From: Hormiphora californensis
Lineage: Eukaryota > Animalia > Ctenophora
DNA length: 64,000 bases
Direction of reading: 5' to 3'
Assembly: GCA_020137815.1 (NCBI GenBank)
Contig: CM035353.1
Coordinates: 7,006,001-7,070,000 of the forward strand
Below the pieces are notes generated by a model. It made no database searches and was not told the DNA's origin. It saw only the letters and a program-made list of their open reading frames with translations. Shown here piece by piece: positions 1 through 13,965 of this stretch (the first letter of the stretch is position 1; the number at the start of each line of letters is the position of its first letter). The translations under genes were made by a program, and so were the position numbers.

Positions 1-1190
1 AACAGATTCAACTGCTTCAGGAACAGGTTCAGGAACAGGTTCAGCGGCTGCAGGAACAGGTTCAGTTGCAGCAGGAACAGGTTCAGCTTCAGGAACAGGT
101 TCAGGAACAGGTTCAGCGGCTGCAGGAACAGGTTCAGCTGCTGCAGGGACAGATTCAGCGGCTGCAGGAACAGGTTCAGCGGCTGCAGGAACAGATTCAG
201 CTGCTGCAGGAACAGGTTCAGTTGCTTCAGGAACAGGTTCAGCGGCTGCAGGAACAGGTTCAGCTGCTTCAGGAACAGGTTCAGCTGCTGCAGGAACAGG
301 TTCAGCTGCTGCAGGAACAGGTTCAGCAGCTGCAGGAACAGTTTCAGCGGCTGCAGGAACAGGTTCAGCTGCAGGAACAGGTTCAGCTTCAGGAACAGGT
401 TCAGCTGCTGCAAGAACAGGTTCAGCTGCTGCAGGAACAGGTTCAGTTGCTGCAGGAACAGGTTCAGCGGCTGCAGGAACAGGTTTAGCGGCTGCAGGAA
501 CAGGTTTAGCGGCTGCAGGAACAGGTTCAGCTGCTGCAGGAACAGGCTCAGCTACAGGAACAGGTTCAGCTTCACGAACAGGTTCATGGGTTGCAGGAAC
601 AGGTTCAGCTGCTGCAGGAACAGGTTCAGCTGCTTCAGGAACAGGTTCAGCTGCTTCAGGAACAGGTTCAGCTGCTTCAGAAACAGGTTCAGTGGCTGCA
701 GGAACAGATTCAACTGCTTCAGGAACAGGTTCAGCGGCTGCAGGAACAGGTTCAGCTGCAGGAACAGATTCATCTGATGTAGGAACAGGTTCAGCTGCTT
801 CAGGAACAGGTTCAGCGGCTGCAGGAACAGGTTCAGTGGCTTCAGGAACAGGTTCAGCGGCTTCAGGAACAGGTTCAGCTGCTGCAGTGACAGGTTCAGC
901 TGCTGCAGGAACAGGTTCAGCTGCTGCAGGAACAGGTTCAGCGGCTTCAGGAACAGGTTCAGCGGCTTCAGGAACAGGTTCAGCGGCTGCAGGAACAGGT
1001 TCAGCGGCTGCATGAACAGTTTCAGCGGCTTCAGGAACAGGTTCAGCGGCTTCAGGAACAGTTTCAGCTGCTGCAGGAACATGTTCAGCGGCTTCAGGAA
1101 CAGGTTCAGCGGCTTCAGGAACAGTTTCAGCTGCTGCAGGAACAGTTTCAGCGGCTTCAGGAACAGGTTCAGCTGCTTCAGAAGCATGTT
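1..1190 (-). repeat. Coding minisatellite, ~21-bp unit with 18- and 12-bp variants, encoding (A)AEPVP(A/E)
   Basis: CAGGAACAGGTTCAGCTGCTG-like units on the plus strand; length variants are multiples of 3. Confidence 0.95.
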
Positions 1191-3290
1191 CAGGTGCAAG
1201 TTCTGGTTCAGTTGCTGGTTCAGCTGCTTCATTTATTTCATGTTTTTCAATGGAAGTAACGTCCGATGAAATACCCTGAGGAAACATGCTTCATGCAATG
1301 AATGTATAAATGCACATACATGCGTCTTTATACAAAACAACATACACATTTAATGATTAGAATCGTGTTTATGTAAAGTAAAACAGAAGTTATATTATAT
1401 TATACTATAGAAATCACTTAGTGATCGTGCAACCAACCTGTTGAGGTGCAGTTTCAGTCTCAGTTGATGCCGGATCCTCAGCCTGAAAATACAGTTTGGT
1501 GAACTGAATCAGTAGTTACAAATCGTACATGTAGAACGGATCATCTACAAAGAAGCATAACCAGCTCACAACTGTTTTGGTGGAAGACTTCCATCATCTT
1601 ATTCTTGGGGGCATTCTAACTGGAATTGCTAAACTCTAAACATGTACCTCAACTGGTGCGTCCTCCTGGGGTGGGGTAACCTGTTCCTCGACCCTCTCTG
1701 TCTCCTCTGTGTGTTCAATACCAGCTCTTTCATCACACGCTCCACACTCTTCCTGCGCTACTGTTCCAGATTCAACCTGGGACATAAAGGTTATTATTTT
1801 AGGAAATAAGGTTGGGGTGTGATATTCTGCATATAATTGATTTAGTACCTCAACTGGTGCCGCATCCTCCTGCTGGGGTGGTGTAACCTGTTCCTCGACT
1901 CTCTCTTCCTCTTCTGCGTGTTCAATACCAGCTCTTTCATCACACGCTCCACACTCTTCCTGCGCTACTGTTCCAGATTCAACCTGGGACATAAAGGTTA
2001 TTATTTTAGGAAATAAGGTTGGGGTGTGATATTCTGCATATAATTGATTTAGTACCTCAACTGGTGCCGCATCCTCCTGCTGGGGTGGTGTAACCTGTTC
2101 CTCGACTCTCTCTTCCTCTTCTGCGTGTTCGACTTCTTGGTTCTCATTTAACCATGCCCCACATTCCTCTTGGGGAACAGCGCCTGCCTCAACCTGCAGG
2201 TGAGTGATTGGATTTATAATTGCGAATAGGGAGTGACTTATGCAGTTATTAATCCCAAAATGGTATTCCAATCTGGCCTTTCTTCCGAAGGGAGGAGGGT
2301 GAACACAGCCGCCTGTAGGGTAACTCGAAAACCGTGTGGTAACCACAAGCATACAGCAACGCCTGCAATTATGTCGGTGTATTCCACACGGTTAAATTGT
2401 GATGGGTGGGAATCTAAAACATACCTCAACAGGTGCGTCCTCCTGGGGTGGGGTAACCTGTTCCTCGACCCTCTCTGCCTCCTCTGTGTGTTCAATACCA
2501 GCTCTTTCATCACATGCTCCACACTCTTCCTGCGCTACTGTTCCAGATTCAACCTGGTCGATGCAGGTTTAATCTTGATCAACCTTCCATTATACTCGCT
2601 GCATTTAGTTACGCAGTCAATCTGTCTAGTCAGTCCGAGCAATTGAGCCCGGCCCAGCTTGGACACAAAAACCATTTAAAGAGAAAATCTACTTTTTTTC
2701 AGAGACCATGTAACTTTAGAGAAACAACGATTTTGCGGTACTAATATTCAATTAAACCTTAGACATACCTCAACTGGTGCGTCCTCTTGTGGTGGGGTAA
2801 CCTGTTCCTCGACCCTCTCTGCCTCCTCTGTGTGTTCAATACCAGCTCTTTCATCACATGCTCCACACTCTTCCTGCGCTACTGTTCCAGATTCGATCTG
2901 AGTGACATTTTATTCAATTGAGGACTAGCAGAAAGTAACAAAGGGCATATCTTAACTATCTTCACACCGGACTACAGCCAATATTGTAACACTAATTAAA
3001 AAACAATTAGTTAATTGACCAATTACCTTAACATCTTCAAGTGATGCATCTCCAGGACCCTGATCACTGGCTTCCACATCTCCTTCTACTGCAGGGGTAT
3101 CTTCCTCTCCTGCGGTATCTTCTTCACCAGCAGCTCCTTCTTCAGTTACTGCATCACCAGCTGGGGTGTCTTGGGCAGCTGGGGCATCTTGGCCAGCTGG
3201 GGTGTCTTCAGTTGCTGCTGGGGTGGCCTCAGGGGCAACGTCTCCCTCCTCTCCGAGGGTTGGGGCTACTACAGCTTGATCTTCAGACAT
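1..3290 (-). CDS. Acidic Glu/Ala/Pro-rich low-complexity protein with duplicated exons and a long EPVP(A/E)AA repeat; 3' end runs off the window
   Basis: ATG at 3290 (MSEDQAVVAPTLGEEGD...). GT-AG exons, all phase 0: 3027-3290, 2769-2897, 2425-2553, 2056-2193, 1849-1983, 1648-1776, 1438-1482, <1-1275. The last exon stays in one open frame for 1275 nt (GISSDVTSIEKHEINEAAEPATEPEL...EPVPEAAEPVPAAA...). No recognisable domain. Confidence 0.8.
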
Positions 3291-3451
3291 GTCAGCTAGT
3301 GTAAAGAGAAGGAATATATTATAGTGGTGGAGCATTGACTAGAAATTTGACAGACACACTATTACAATACAAAGGAGGGGTAGGGGAGAGCAATCAAAGA
3401 ATTCTGTATGCAGTATTAGACGGGGCTCAGAAAAAAGAAAGTAGATAGAGA

Positions 3452-3455
<4 letters not shown>

Positions 3456-3528
<73 letters not shown>
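3456..3528. repeat. (GA)n microsatellite
   Basis: Direct inspection. Confidence 0.95.
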
Positions 3529-3533
<5 letters not shown>

Positions 3534-6500
3534 TTCTGCGATTTGCGCTCTAGAACACTCAACGGAGCGACTTGTGTGACATGACCGTTTACTTCAAATA
3601 TCTTTGCGCGAATAAAATCCCTCCGCAACCCGTCAGAATTGTTTTGTTGTGAGATAAATACGTCAATTCTTGCGAATTGAATCAGTACCTACTATTGACG
3701 AGAATAAATTAAAAACGGTTCAAATCTCTTTTGGTAGATATTATATACCGAAAATTACATCCCTCAGTCAACAAGATTTGAATCTGCCTTTATACTATTA
3801 CGAAATATGCTACATAAAACAATATCTCCATACATTATATAGCCATCAAAAACTAGGGCGTAAAATACAAAGGGAAAGTGAGTACAGCTTCAATTTAATA
3901 AATACAACCAAGGGGAAAGAAATTAACTAGGAATTAGTGGAGAATTAACTAATAATTAGTGGAGAAACTATAATTTTTAAATTTCCCACCAGTTACTACA
4001 AGGAAAAAGGGGGGGAACTTGTCAAGACCTCCGAAGAAAACTGATTGTTGAAAAAGTTTACTGTTTTAAAAAAAATTGTAAAAAAGAACATATGGCATTC
4101 CCAAAGGCTTTGGCCTCTTATCGCCCCTTTTAATAATACCTTAGTTTTATAATTTGGGGGAAAAATTAAATTTTTCACGCCCCCTTAATTCGATTTTTTT
4201 CCCCACCCCTTTTCCCTATTCCCTATCCCTTCTTTCCTTCCCTCCTTTTCCTCTCTCTTCCTCTCTCTCCCTCCCTCTAAGCTCGAGGGTTGGAGAGAGA
4301 ATTACACATAACCCTAGTCGTCACCGGATATGCAATCTTCATGCATCATTATGGCAAAAGGAAAAGAGGGGGGGAGAGAAAGAAAAAGGAAGAGAGTAGG
4401 GAAAAGAAAAAAAAATGAGGGGGGAAAAAGGGGGAAAAGTGGGGGATGAGAGGTTTTAAGGGGGTATTTTTTTTTGGGGAAATGAATTATAAAAGTGGGG
4501 AAAGACTTCTTTAAAGGCCCAAACCCTTTCCTTTTTTTCCGCATCCTGAAAAGCTTAAATCCCTCGAAAACAAATCAGCTGTGCCACCCGGGTCAAGCCC
4601 GGGATTGACCCAAAAATTTCCAAAAACGAATTGTGTGCTTTTTTCAGTTATGGGGTGTTTTCTACTAATAAAGTCGGGGTTTTTTATGTGTATAAAAACA
4701 CAAATATTCAATTTTAGATGGAATTTCGGGCTAAATTTCCCCGGGGCTCTTACGGGCATTTTCTATCAGGGATCCTAATAAAAATATCCCACCCTTTTTT
4801 TTGGGTGAAACATTCATTATAGTATGAAAAATTGTTATTTTTAAAGTTTAAAATGTATAAAAAAATTTTTAAAAAAACTTAGTCAACTTTGAATTACGTG
4901 TGTTTCCTGCAATTCTACTAGACGATATTTGCCCTTGTTTATGTAGGTAGGGTTTTGCCGCTATACACTAAAATCAATAAAACACCCCCTTTTTACTAGA
5001 GATGTAAACAGAAATCAGTTACCTGAAAAAAAAATATTGCATAACTTTTTCAGAAATAAAAATGCAGAGGTGCTGAAAATGACAAAAGCAAAATCAACTA
5101 TCAACATAAACATTAAATCCCAATTTGGTATTGCCTTTTAACTATTTTTTTTTCTAGACGTAGATAAATTCATGTTAAAAATCGTTCTCGGTTTGAATTA
5201 AACATCTCGTTTTGTATAGTCTGGGCGTCTCTATCATTATATTTTTTTCAAAATCCAAATTCACTGGTCGTTTACCTGGCCTCTTAATGCATAAATAGCC
5301 GCAGCAGACATAATTAACTCCCCCGACTGAAAGTTTTACCATTGGGGAAAAGGAAACATAATCAACACAAACAAAATTTGTTTGATCATAATTGACCAAT
5401 CTCCTATCTCTCCCCCCTCCCTTTCCCTCTCTCCATTGGTGATTGGTATTATACAATTGGTTTTATAAGTTTAATTGAATTTTGCATTATGTGGTGGTGT
5501 GAAATGTCTCAGGGGCAATACGTGTCCAAAAACAATAGAGAGAGGAGAGACAGAGAGAGAGACAGAGAGAGAGAGACAGAGAGAGAGAGAAAGTAACATT
5601 GCAGCTGCAGGACGTCAGAAGCTACTACAACTGCAGCAGCAGCAACTACAGACACGGCATGACATAGTGTAACGTCGCGTGTTCTAGTATAATAGCTGCA
5701 TTCAACACTTCAATTTAGCTGTTCCACACCGCCCGTGAGAGTTGCATTGCACATACAATCACAGCTGTGTATAAACAACATGTTCATTATTGCACCTGCT
5801 GCCCTTCGAGGTTCACACCATGCACAATGTTCACGCATCAGTTACTCGCTGCAGATAATACACATTATATTCTGACTAGGGTGGGCCGGAATAAAACATG
5901 GAAACCAAAACTAAATTATGAGATGTAAGGATCTATAGTGGCTATATAGTGCTCAAAACAGGCACTATTAGATGAACTAGACAGGGTAAACGCTTTATGT
6001 GGCTAATGTGATGGGGTAAACATGTATAATTGGTCGATAATTGGTGTCGATATGACTGCAGTTGTTGTCGCTAGAAAAAACATTATGATGGGGAATAAAA
6101 ACTATAAAACCATAATGGACATTATATATGCAACATAAATATGTTTTACCTTCAAATGATTCTAGAGAAATTCTCTCTCTCTCTCTGAGAATGGATTCCA
6201 GAGAATGGATTGAAAATATTCCACGACTACCACGATCCGATGCTTGTCTTGCTCAACCGTGTTTCACCGTGCCCCACAACAACCCGATACAGGAAATGAA
6301 CAGTAATTCTTCGAGTTTGTTCAATCTATTTCCTAGTAGATTTGTTAACAATTACAACTACATGAGAGATGGTGCAGGTGGCAAACTGCATTCATGACGC
6401 CCCCTCTCCCAGCTCACACTACTGCTGCAGGTAGCATCTAGAAGAACCTTATTCTTAACATTCATCTCTCTGGGTTTCAGAAATAGTAACACGATCATGG

Positions 6501-7598
6501 ACTGGCAAATAGCCTTACACGGGGGGTTATGGGGGCTCGAAAGGAGAGCCCGAAAGATTCATCTGTGCACATAACGTTTCACCACTCTTTTACCACACAG
6601 GAGGCACATGCACATCACGCCCATGTGCCTTCTGTGTGGTGAAAGTACGAAGATCGCGTGGGCTCGGTAAATTTGCTAAAGAGGGAAGGACCGGAGGGAC
6701 AAAGAAAAGAGAATTCAATGGAGATTCATAGCAATAATCCCTTGCAGTGAAACGCAAACTTAAATTTAAGAAAATATCAATGTGATTTCTCATTTAGTAG
6801 GAACGGTTAAATCACGAACATGCAAAACTCGTGCGCCATCCAAAGTTTGGGTTACTTACACTCCTTCAGTTCGAATAAAATCAAAACACTTTCCCTCAAG
6901 TTTTTTGTAGATCTCATTGAGATCAATCGAAAATATGCGGGTCATTTTTCGATTAGATGCGAAATGAAGGAGCTATGAAAATGCACAAAAAGGGTGGCAC
7001 ATGACTTTTTGCACGTGCTGATCAGCTGATCTAACCGCTCTTACTATTCAATAACTGGAAGCAAAACTCTTTAAGGGGAGAGTTCCATGAAACCATGATT
7101 TCAGCTGCTAACTCCAGGACATCTGTACCAGATGAGACCACTCTTAGGTGCTGACCGCGGCATACCGCGGCACTCATTATACCAAATCATTACTCTGTTA
7201 CTCATTCCTTCAATAATATAACCACTTCCATTTCTTCTACGTATATAGCTCTATGGACTATGCACCCTCCGCACCTTCATGTTAAAATGCTGCGTATAAC
7301 AAATCGGCGAGAAAAGACTTGACGTAACATCAACAAACGTTACCGATGCTTCTCCGGCTCCCCGTTATATCACGCACAATCTTTGTGGGTACTCTTAACT
7401 TTCTCAAACTTGCTCCGAGATATTGTCGAAATATATAAGGTGATCTAAACAAAGCTTACTTAGAATTAACTAATACCGAAAATTAACGTTAACAATTGTT
7501 GTGTTGTTATAGTTACGTTAAAATTAAGGTGTAATAAATTAGCGAACATTTACCCCTTTTGTCCATTTTAGGTCGCCTTATATTTCGGTACTAAGGTA

Positions 7599-10156
7599 AT
7601 GGCAGCAATGGTTTTGTTTCCATGGCAACTCAACATGGTAGCAACATTGTTTCCATGGTATCTCCTGATCCTCCAAATTCCTGTTATACACGCTCCAACA
7701 ATTCATTTGGAGAGAAGCAAAAAACTGGAGCCGATCCGACTTCACCAACCGTAAAGGATCGTGTAACACGGTATCGAGCGAATTATCATACGGTACATAC
7801 CCGCAACCTTTCCAGCGGGTGTTTAGATGCCCTTCACAGCCAACTGTTACAAACGTGGCATAAGGCACGGTCAGCATGTCGGCATGTGTCCTGAATGTCG
7901 ATCTCAAAAACAGAAAGGCGTGTGCGTAACTCTCCTTGCCAGATGATGAGTGTGGTAACGACTGGACACTTCTGTTATCTATGTCAGGGAGGTAGGGGCG
8001 TGTCAATTATTTTTTTTTTTTTTGTTTTTTTTTTTTTTTTTTTTGTGCCCAGGCTGTGAGGGAAAGCGCGACTGTCCGGGAGGGGAGGATGAGAGAGCGT
8101 GTGAGGGGGCTGAACTTCTCACCTGTATTGTCACATCAGCGGGATCTAGGAGGGTTAAACTCACTACATCACCCATCACACTCTGCCGGGGTGCGCTCTA
8201 CTACAGTCTATCCACAGGATCGTGTGAAAGATGCTATGAGGTACAGGTCAGACCTCCGATTGATATCTGCAATGAGGTGTTGGGATATCTCCCCCAATTC
8301 TCCTCAACAGCCAAAATCCAAGAGGAGTGCAGGAGGAGGTGTAATGTGACGAAGGAGTTATGTAGCCTGTACCGGAGTGGCAACCCGCTCTTTCCCATGA
8401 TGTCCCTCTCCACAGCGTGCCTGTCAGGTGATTACTTATTAATCGAGGCCCTGTGTGATGGTGTTATAGATTGTCACAGAAAGAGCGACGGAGAAGTAGG
8501 TCCAGGACAGGTTTTATTGTAGTGTGGAGGAGGCGGAGTGGGTTGAAGAGAGCAAGGTTTGTGACGGCCATAGGGACTGCAAAACAGGACTGGATGAGTG
8601 TAGCACATGTGCCAGGGGTCCGTTCTCCTCTGACGAGCGGATAATTCGTCACACCTCATCTTGTGGACTGTGTATCTTGGTAGTGCTACTGATAATTGGC
8701 ACTAACATATACAACATCCTAGAGATAAGTTACCTCCGCCACAGAATCGGAGCAGCACATAATTGTGGACAGGTTCCTAAAGATAGCGCTAATTGTCCAC
8801 GATCTGTTGATGGGCGTCTATCTGGGTTGTCTTCTTGTCGCTAACTTCGGGTTCTACGGACTACTGTCAGTTGATAAGGAATGGAGGACGGGTACATCCT
8901 TGTCACGTTTTGGGGTGTTATTCAGTGTATCCTCTCATGGATCTCTTTTAACGGTCCTCCTAATGTCCATAACCGTGCTACAGTGTACACGACCGCTTTC
9001 GGCGAGTGCCCTCCCGACGAGTTCTGTATTATACATCGAATCAGGGCTCCTGTCCTACTAAATCTAGTCAATGATTAGAAGCCCGCTGACAAGGTCTGGG
9101 GTGGTTCAAGGAGAAGTTCTTTAGAAATCACATCCAGAGCCAAACACTAACCTTCCATTGTGGAGAAGCAGCACACGAACCTATCTAGGATTACTGAGAT
9201 TCACGCGGTATTCTTCAGCAACAGTTCCACGGCTGATTTCTACGATAAGGTACAAGATTTAAAGTCCATAACCAATACACCCGATATATTTGACGTTCAA
9301 GATTTCTCTCTCTACAGTTGGTCTCCAGTGTGCCTCCCTGACATGTACCACTCGGCCAGGTCCCAATGTCTACTACAAGATCTGTTACGTGTCCGCTCTT
9401 GGGTTCTTGCTCTCCTAGTGGCTATATCGTACGGTCGCATATTGGGTCCATGCTGCGGACCTCCGTTATCCCACGGGGGGGGAGCACAAGACCACAGAAT
9501 TGGGGTGGTGGGAAGAAAGTTGCAGTGATCGTGGGTGGTCAAGTTCTAAACGGGCGGTGTTTGTTTGTTTCTTAACCATATGGGCTTACACCATGATCAC
9601 TGGGGGTCTTGTCGGCACGACCTGGTATGAAATTACAGCCATCACCATCCTGCCTCTCAATAGTGGCCTTAATCCCGTGTTTCACTCCGACCTCTACAAG
9701 AAACTAACAGCACTGTGGACCCGGATGGCTGCTGCAACAGTAATTAATTGGACCCGGGTGGCAAGATCAGTCCAGATGACTGTCAAGGAACCCACTGTAC
9801 TACAAGTCTCGGCCGGGAACCCAGTGAAAGAAGTAGCCAATGTTACAGTGGCTACCTCTTCTGTTACAGTGGTTACCTCTTCTACAGTAGAAGATCGGAG
9901 TGACCCAAATGGAGAGGTTTTTCCCCAGAAGTACCCAAGAGGAGAGGTATTTTCCCAGAAGTACCCAAGAGGAGAGGTATTTGCCGAGACCCCGGGCCAG
10001 ATAGAGTGGTTGGAGATGGGCCCTCTGAAAAAACAGGATGCGATGAGATATTTCTATTATTCTAACATGATCAACGTATTGAAAGGTGAAATTTCCTATA
10101 ATTATAAATACCTGCTTCTAAATAAGTGCTTATTAGGTATAGTACTATTAGTATAG
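7599..10156 (+). pseudogene. LDLa-repeat-containing GPCR (GRL101/relaxin-receptor-like 7TM) broken by several frameshifts and stops; pseudogene or consensus errors
   Basis: LDLa-like motifs CEGKRDCPGGEDERAC, LCDGVIDCHRKSD, VCDGHRDCKTGLDEC. TM2 HDLLMGVYLGCLLV, TM3 GVLFSVSSHGSLLTVLLMSI, ECL2 YSWSPVCLP, TM7 ILPLNSGLNPVFHS. Spread over ORFs 8022-8522, 8524-8844, 8765-9061, 9160-9528 and 9500-10156. Hydrophobic N-terminus from ATG 7599. Probable small T-rich intron 7992-8052. Confidence 0.8.
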
Positions 10157-10530
10157 GTAGGTATTAGTATGAATTACTGGTAATTACCCACATCTGTTAT
10201 AATATTTGTTCTTATCTAAATCTTACTTAGGAAACATCCAGGGCGGTTTTTGGAGTAAAATAGGACGAGACTGTTGAGCTGTAAAATAAAGGGTATACGA
10301 CATACACATCAAGGCAGAAGAGGAAGTACATAAAGAGGACGAGAGGGAGAAATAAAGAAGACTGATAGATACAAGAATTGGTTATTGGTTTTCTAAAAAA
10401 ATACAAACTCGTCATCGCTGGTTTATTGCGGTGTTCTGCATTTTGTTCTGACATATAAAATTATATTTCAAGGCTTATAATTAATAAATGCAGATTCTTC
10501 ATTTAGTTCTGTAGCGTAGCCAAAGTTGAA

Positions 10531-10619
10531 CAGTCGGACGCCGGATTTACCGGGATGTTCGGGGGGCAAAGGGTTTAGAGTGGTAATGGGGAAGGCCTTG
10601 GTAAAATCGGGCTCGACTG
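10531..10619. mobile_element. Degenerate copy of the CAGTCGGACCCCGATTTA MITE family
   Basis: cagtcggacgccggatttaccggg...ggtaaaatcgggctcgactg. Confidence 0.65.
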
Positions 10620-11510
10620 TTATAATTATTAATATCCAGGAAAATGGGATAAAGGTTAGTAATCTCCCGTAACAGTGTGGACTTAAAACACCGGATGGAT
10701 ATAAAAACAAAAACATAACACGATATTTGAATATAAAAACATAACATGTAAAAAATAAGAACAGGCTGTGTCAAATGTTGCAGGTTAAATAGTTAAATTT
10801 CTATCGCAGAGATCAAAAAAGCAGCGTACTGATCAAAAAAGCAACATACTGATGACTAAATATGAAAATATGACTCAGAGAATATATTAACAAAGGAATG
10901 AAAGAATATATCACGATATAGCTCCAATATTGAGACACTGATAGAGCCAACGAAGTAATACTCATAGCAAAGTGTCGAAGAGATATTGGGGCTGCAGGTG
11001 AAATAGGATATAGCATTACAGCTCGCGCACGCCCCGAAACCCCGAAGGCACCTCAGAGCGCAATCGGCGAGGAGGCACTGACGGTCGCACCCCGCGAGCG
11101 CGACGACCGACGGGCGCATGCTCCTCTCACCCCGGCGCGCGCGCCCGCGAGGAACAAACAGGAGCAACCAGCCCCGAGCGCGCTGCCCGACACGGGCACC
11201 CCATCGCGCCGAACTTTTCATCGTTCGCCATGGACTTGCTAGTTTCTCTCGCTCTCTATCTGATGCATACGAGAGAAGAGGAGAGAGAGACGCGCTGCTC
11301 GATCGAGCTGATATCCCGGCGATATAGACGGGCATAGCGTCTCGAGATCTAGAGCTAGGGATGATATCTCCTGAGATATATCTTCTCTCTCTTCTCTTCT
11401 CTATCTCTCTCTCTCTCTATATTCTCTCGCTCTCGCTCGCTCTTTATCTCTTCTCTCGCTATCCTCTGATCTCTCATCTCTCTCGTAACCACCCGCTCTC
11501 TCTCTCCTCT

Positions 11511-11556
<46 letters not shown>

Positions 11557-11754
11557 TCGCTCGGACCCCTATCCTCTCCCCTGCGACTTTCTCACCCTGC
11601 CACAGACACTTGTTGAAGGGATCTCCACTGGGTTATAGGGGATGACGGGTGCTATGTTACACTCACAGGTCTCATCAAGTTCAGCTCCAACATATATCTG
11701 ACAATTGTGGGGATGATTCCAACAAATCGAATGGTCGCGGAGGAGCTTCTACCT

Positions 11755-12118
11755 ACAATGGTACGGTGCGACAGCACATCGTTTTGTTGTAGCCTCTATT
11801 AGAGGCTACAACAAAAACGATGTGCTGTCGCACCGTACCATTGTGCCTGGTGTGAAAGGGGTTTACAGGTAATGAGGTGGATAATTCACCGCGGGGCTGA
11901 CAGACATCATAGTTTAAACCCCTTCCCATACGGTTTTCAACCAAGACAGGATCTTTAAAACGAAGCCATAAGCAATAACTATGTGTAACAGTACGCCCTT
12001 AATTGAGTGCTGTCGCACCGCGGGGATTATCATAACCTCATTACCGGTAAAACCCTTTCGTCACCATGGCAACCAATGGTTACGGGGCGACAGCACATCG
12101 TTTTGTGTAGCAACTATA
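11755..12118. mobile_element. Foldback element with an extra adjacent terminal copy forming a ~90-bp hairpin at 11755-11844
   Basis: 11755-11844 is a near-perfect palindrome; ~11803-11905 is inverted to ~12007-12112. Confidence 0.7.
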
Positions 12119-12181
12119 TATAGGATGTGCGGGTGTCTGTGGCAGTGTTGAAAACATAAATTTTGAAAATATATAACTTTA

Positions 12182-12358
12182 CAGTACGGACCACCCCGAT
12201 TACGGGCCCAATTTAACGGAACCCGATTACCCGGTGAGGATATAAACCTCCCCCGATTTAGGAAATTAACGGTATATCCACCCGATATACCGGGCACCCC
12301 GATTTACCGGCCCAAAACCCTTTCCACCGAGCATACCGGTAAATCGGGGTCCGGCCTG
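12182..12358. mobile_element. Degenerate CAGTCGGACCCCGATTTA-family MITE
   Basis: TA-cagtacggaccaccccgat...taaatcggggtccggcctg-TA with internal cccgatttaccgg repeats. Confidence 0.75.
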
Positions 12359-13965
12359 TATACTTTTTTTTCTTTTTTTTCGGTCTTATGTTCCTATATA
12401 CTGCACCCCCACCTCATCCTGTGAACCATGTCAGGGCAATGCCTGACCCTATTGCTTCAATAACGAAGGTAGGTCAGGCGGGCTAGTCTACAGAGGTCTA
12501 TACAACCTACAGGGGAGGTGGAGTTTGACGGAATATCATCTCGCAGACATCCAGTGAAACCGGCCTTAACGTATTCTGCGAACACCCAATCTCTGGTTGT
12601 CTAGGCTATTCGGTTGCCAATCACTGACAGTAAAGCTTGCAGTATGTAGTCAACGGGACTTCTTGACATAGCAGATGGACGACACCTTAGGAGACTAGTT
12701 GAAAGCAGGGTGTGGCAGCAGGGTCAAATGTTCGTGACCAGACATGTATATGTTCGACTGTTGAGACGGGGTGAGAGCCGTGTGCTGATCGTGCGGATTT
12801 GATTGATAGTGTTCGTGAAAATGGTTAAGCTCAAGGGTAAAGATATTGAGTGAGAGAGAGCTGAAGAGAGAGAGGATAGAGCGAGATAGACAGAGAGAGA
12901 GAAGAGAAGAGGAGAGAGAGAGCGCGCGCGATAGGAGGATGATAAGAAAAGATCGAGTTTATAAATACACATGAAATGCATATTTAAAGGACAAAATCCC
13001 GGCTGGCTATACGTTACCGTTTCTGGGAGACTGCTACAGATAGAGTTTTGACGTGGTGCATCATGCTGGCAACAAACTACTCTATAACATTGTATTGTTC
13101 ATACAACAGCGCAACTATAACATATGTCATATGTTCTGACTATTACAATACTTTATCATGGTGGCTAGTTTTATACTATTTCTCTCGAGCCTACTACTGC
13201 CGCCGTATGGCACGGATTAATTAACTTGTTCATATATCTGCAGAAAACATAGCTATTATGCACATATATTAGTCCTTTGTGACTGACAAAGTACGTCAGT
13301 ATAGCATATATAGAGCTGCTGCAGACAAGCTACCATTAGGAAAGACCTATTTGATGTAAGCAATATAATCGCTTTCCTTTCAGACTACCCAGCAATTATA
13401 GAAAGCTTTTCAAAGACAACAAGACTATGCAGATCTCGTATCATAATGCTCCAAAAAAACAGATGAATGAGCGGCCGGGAACTGCAATTGTGGGTTGGGC
13501 ATAGCCTGTTCATATAATTGTTTAGAAGAGAGAATTAGGGCACTAAAGAGATAATACCATTAAATTAAAAGCTGATTTGTAAGAAACTAATACATACCTA
13601 AATATATATGACTTATACGAAGATGATTCTAGAGAAATCTATTGGGAGATATGCTGTTCCTATCTCACTAGGCACTCATATATTTATCGATGTTCCTTCC
13701 TCTCCGATCACTCGGTCTCTTTCTCGCTCTCTCTCTATCTCTGTCTTTTTCTCTCTGTCTTTTTCTCTCCCTCCCTCTCATTCTCAATCTATCGCGTTTA
13801 GTAAAACTTACTAAGCAATACAAATACTGAACTGACAGATGCATACTGAACTGACAGATGCATACTTTGATTCCCCCTTCTGTGCTGGTATTTGCAACAG
13901 CTCCCCATCTTGGGCAGAAGACAGCTGGCAATGATACCAGCCACGGGGAATGCCCCTTCCACCGC

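Noticed and set aside
66-1232. Coiled-coil-like QEQVQLL, GTGSAAA and LNLFLQQ ORFs
   Set aside because: Alternative frames of the minisatellite; only the minus-strand EPVP frame is stop-free throughout and linked by splice sites.
3291-3320. Spliced-leader trans-splice acceptors just upstream of ATGs (also 7572, 36827, 50370)
   Set aside because: Indistinguishable from ordinary 5'UTR introns without transcripts; vigilin has a cis donor at 37092.
8010-8044. Retroposon poly(A) tail
   Set aside because: Better explained as the pyrimidine tract of a small GT-AG intron (7992-8052); no TSD seen.
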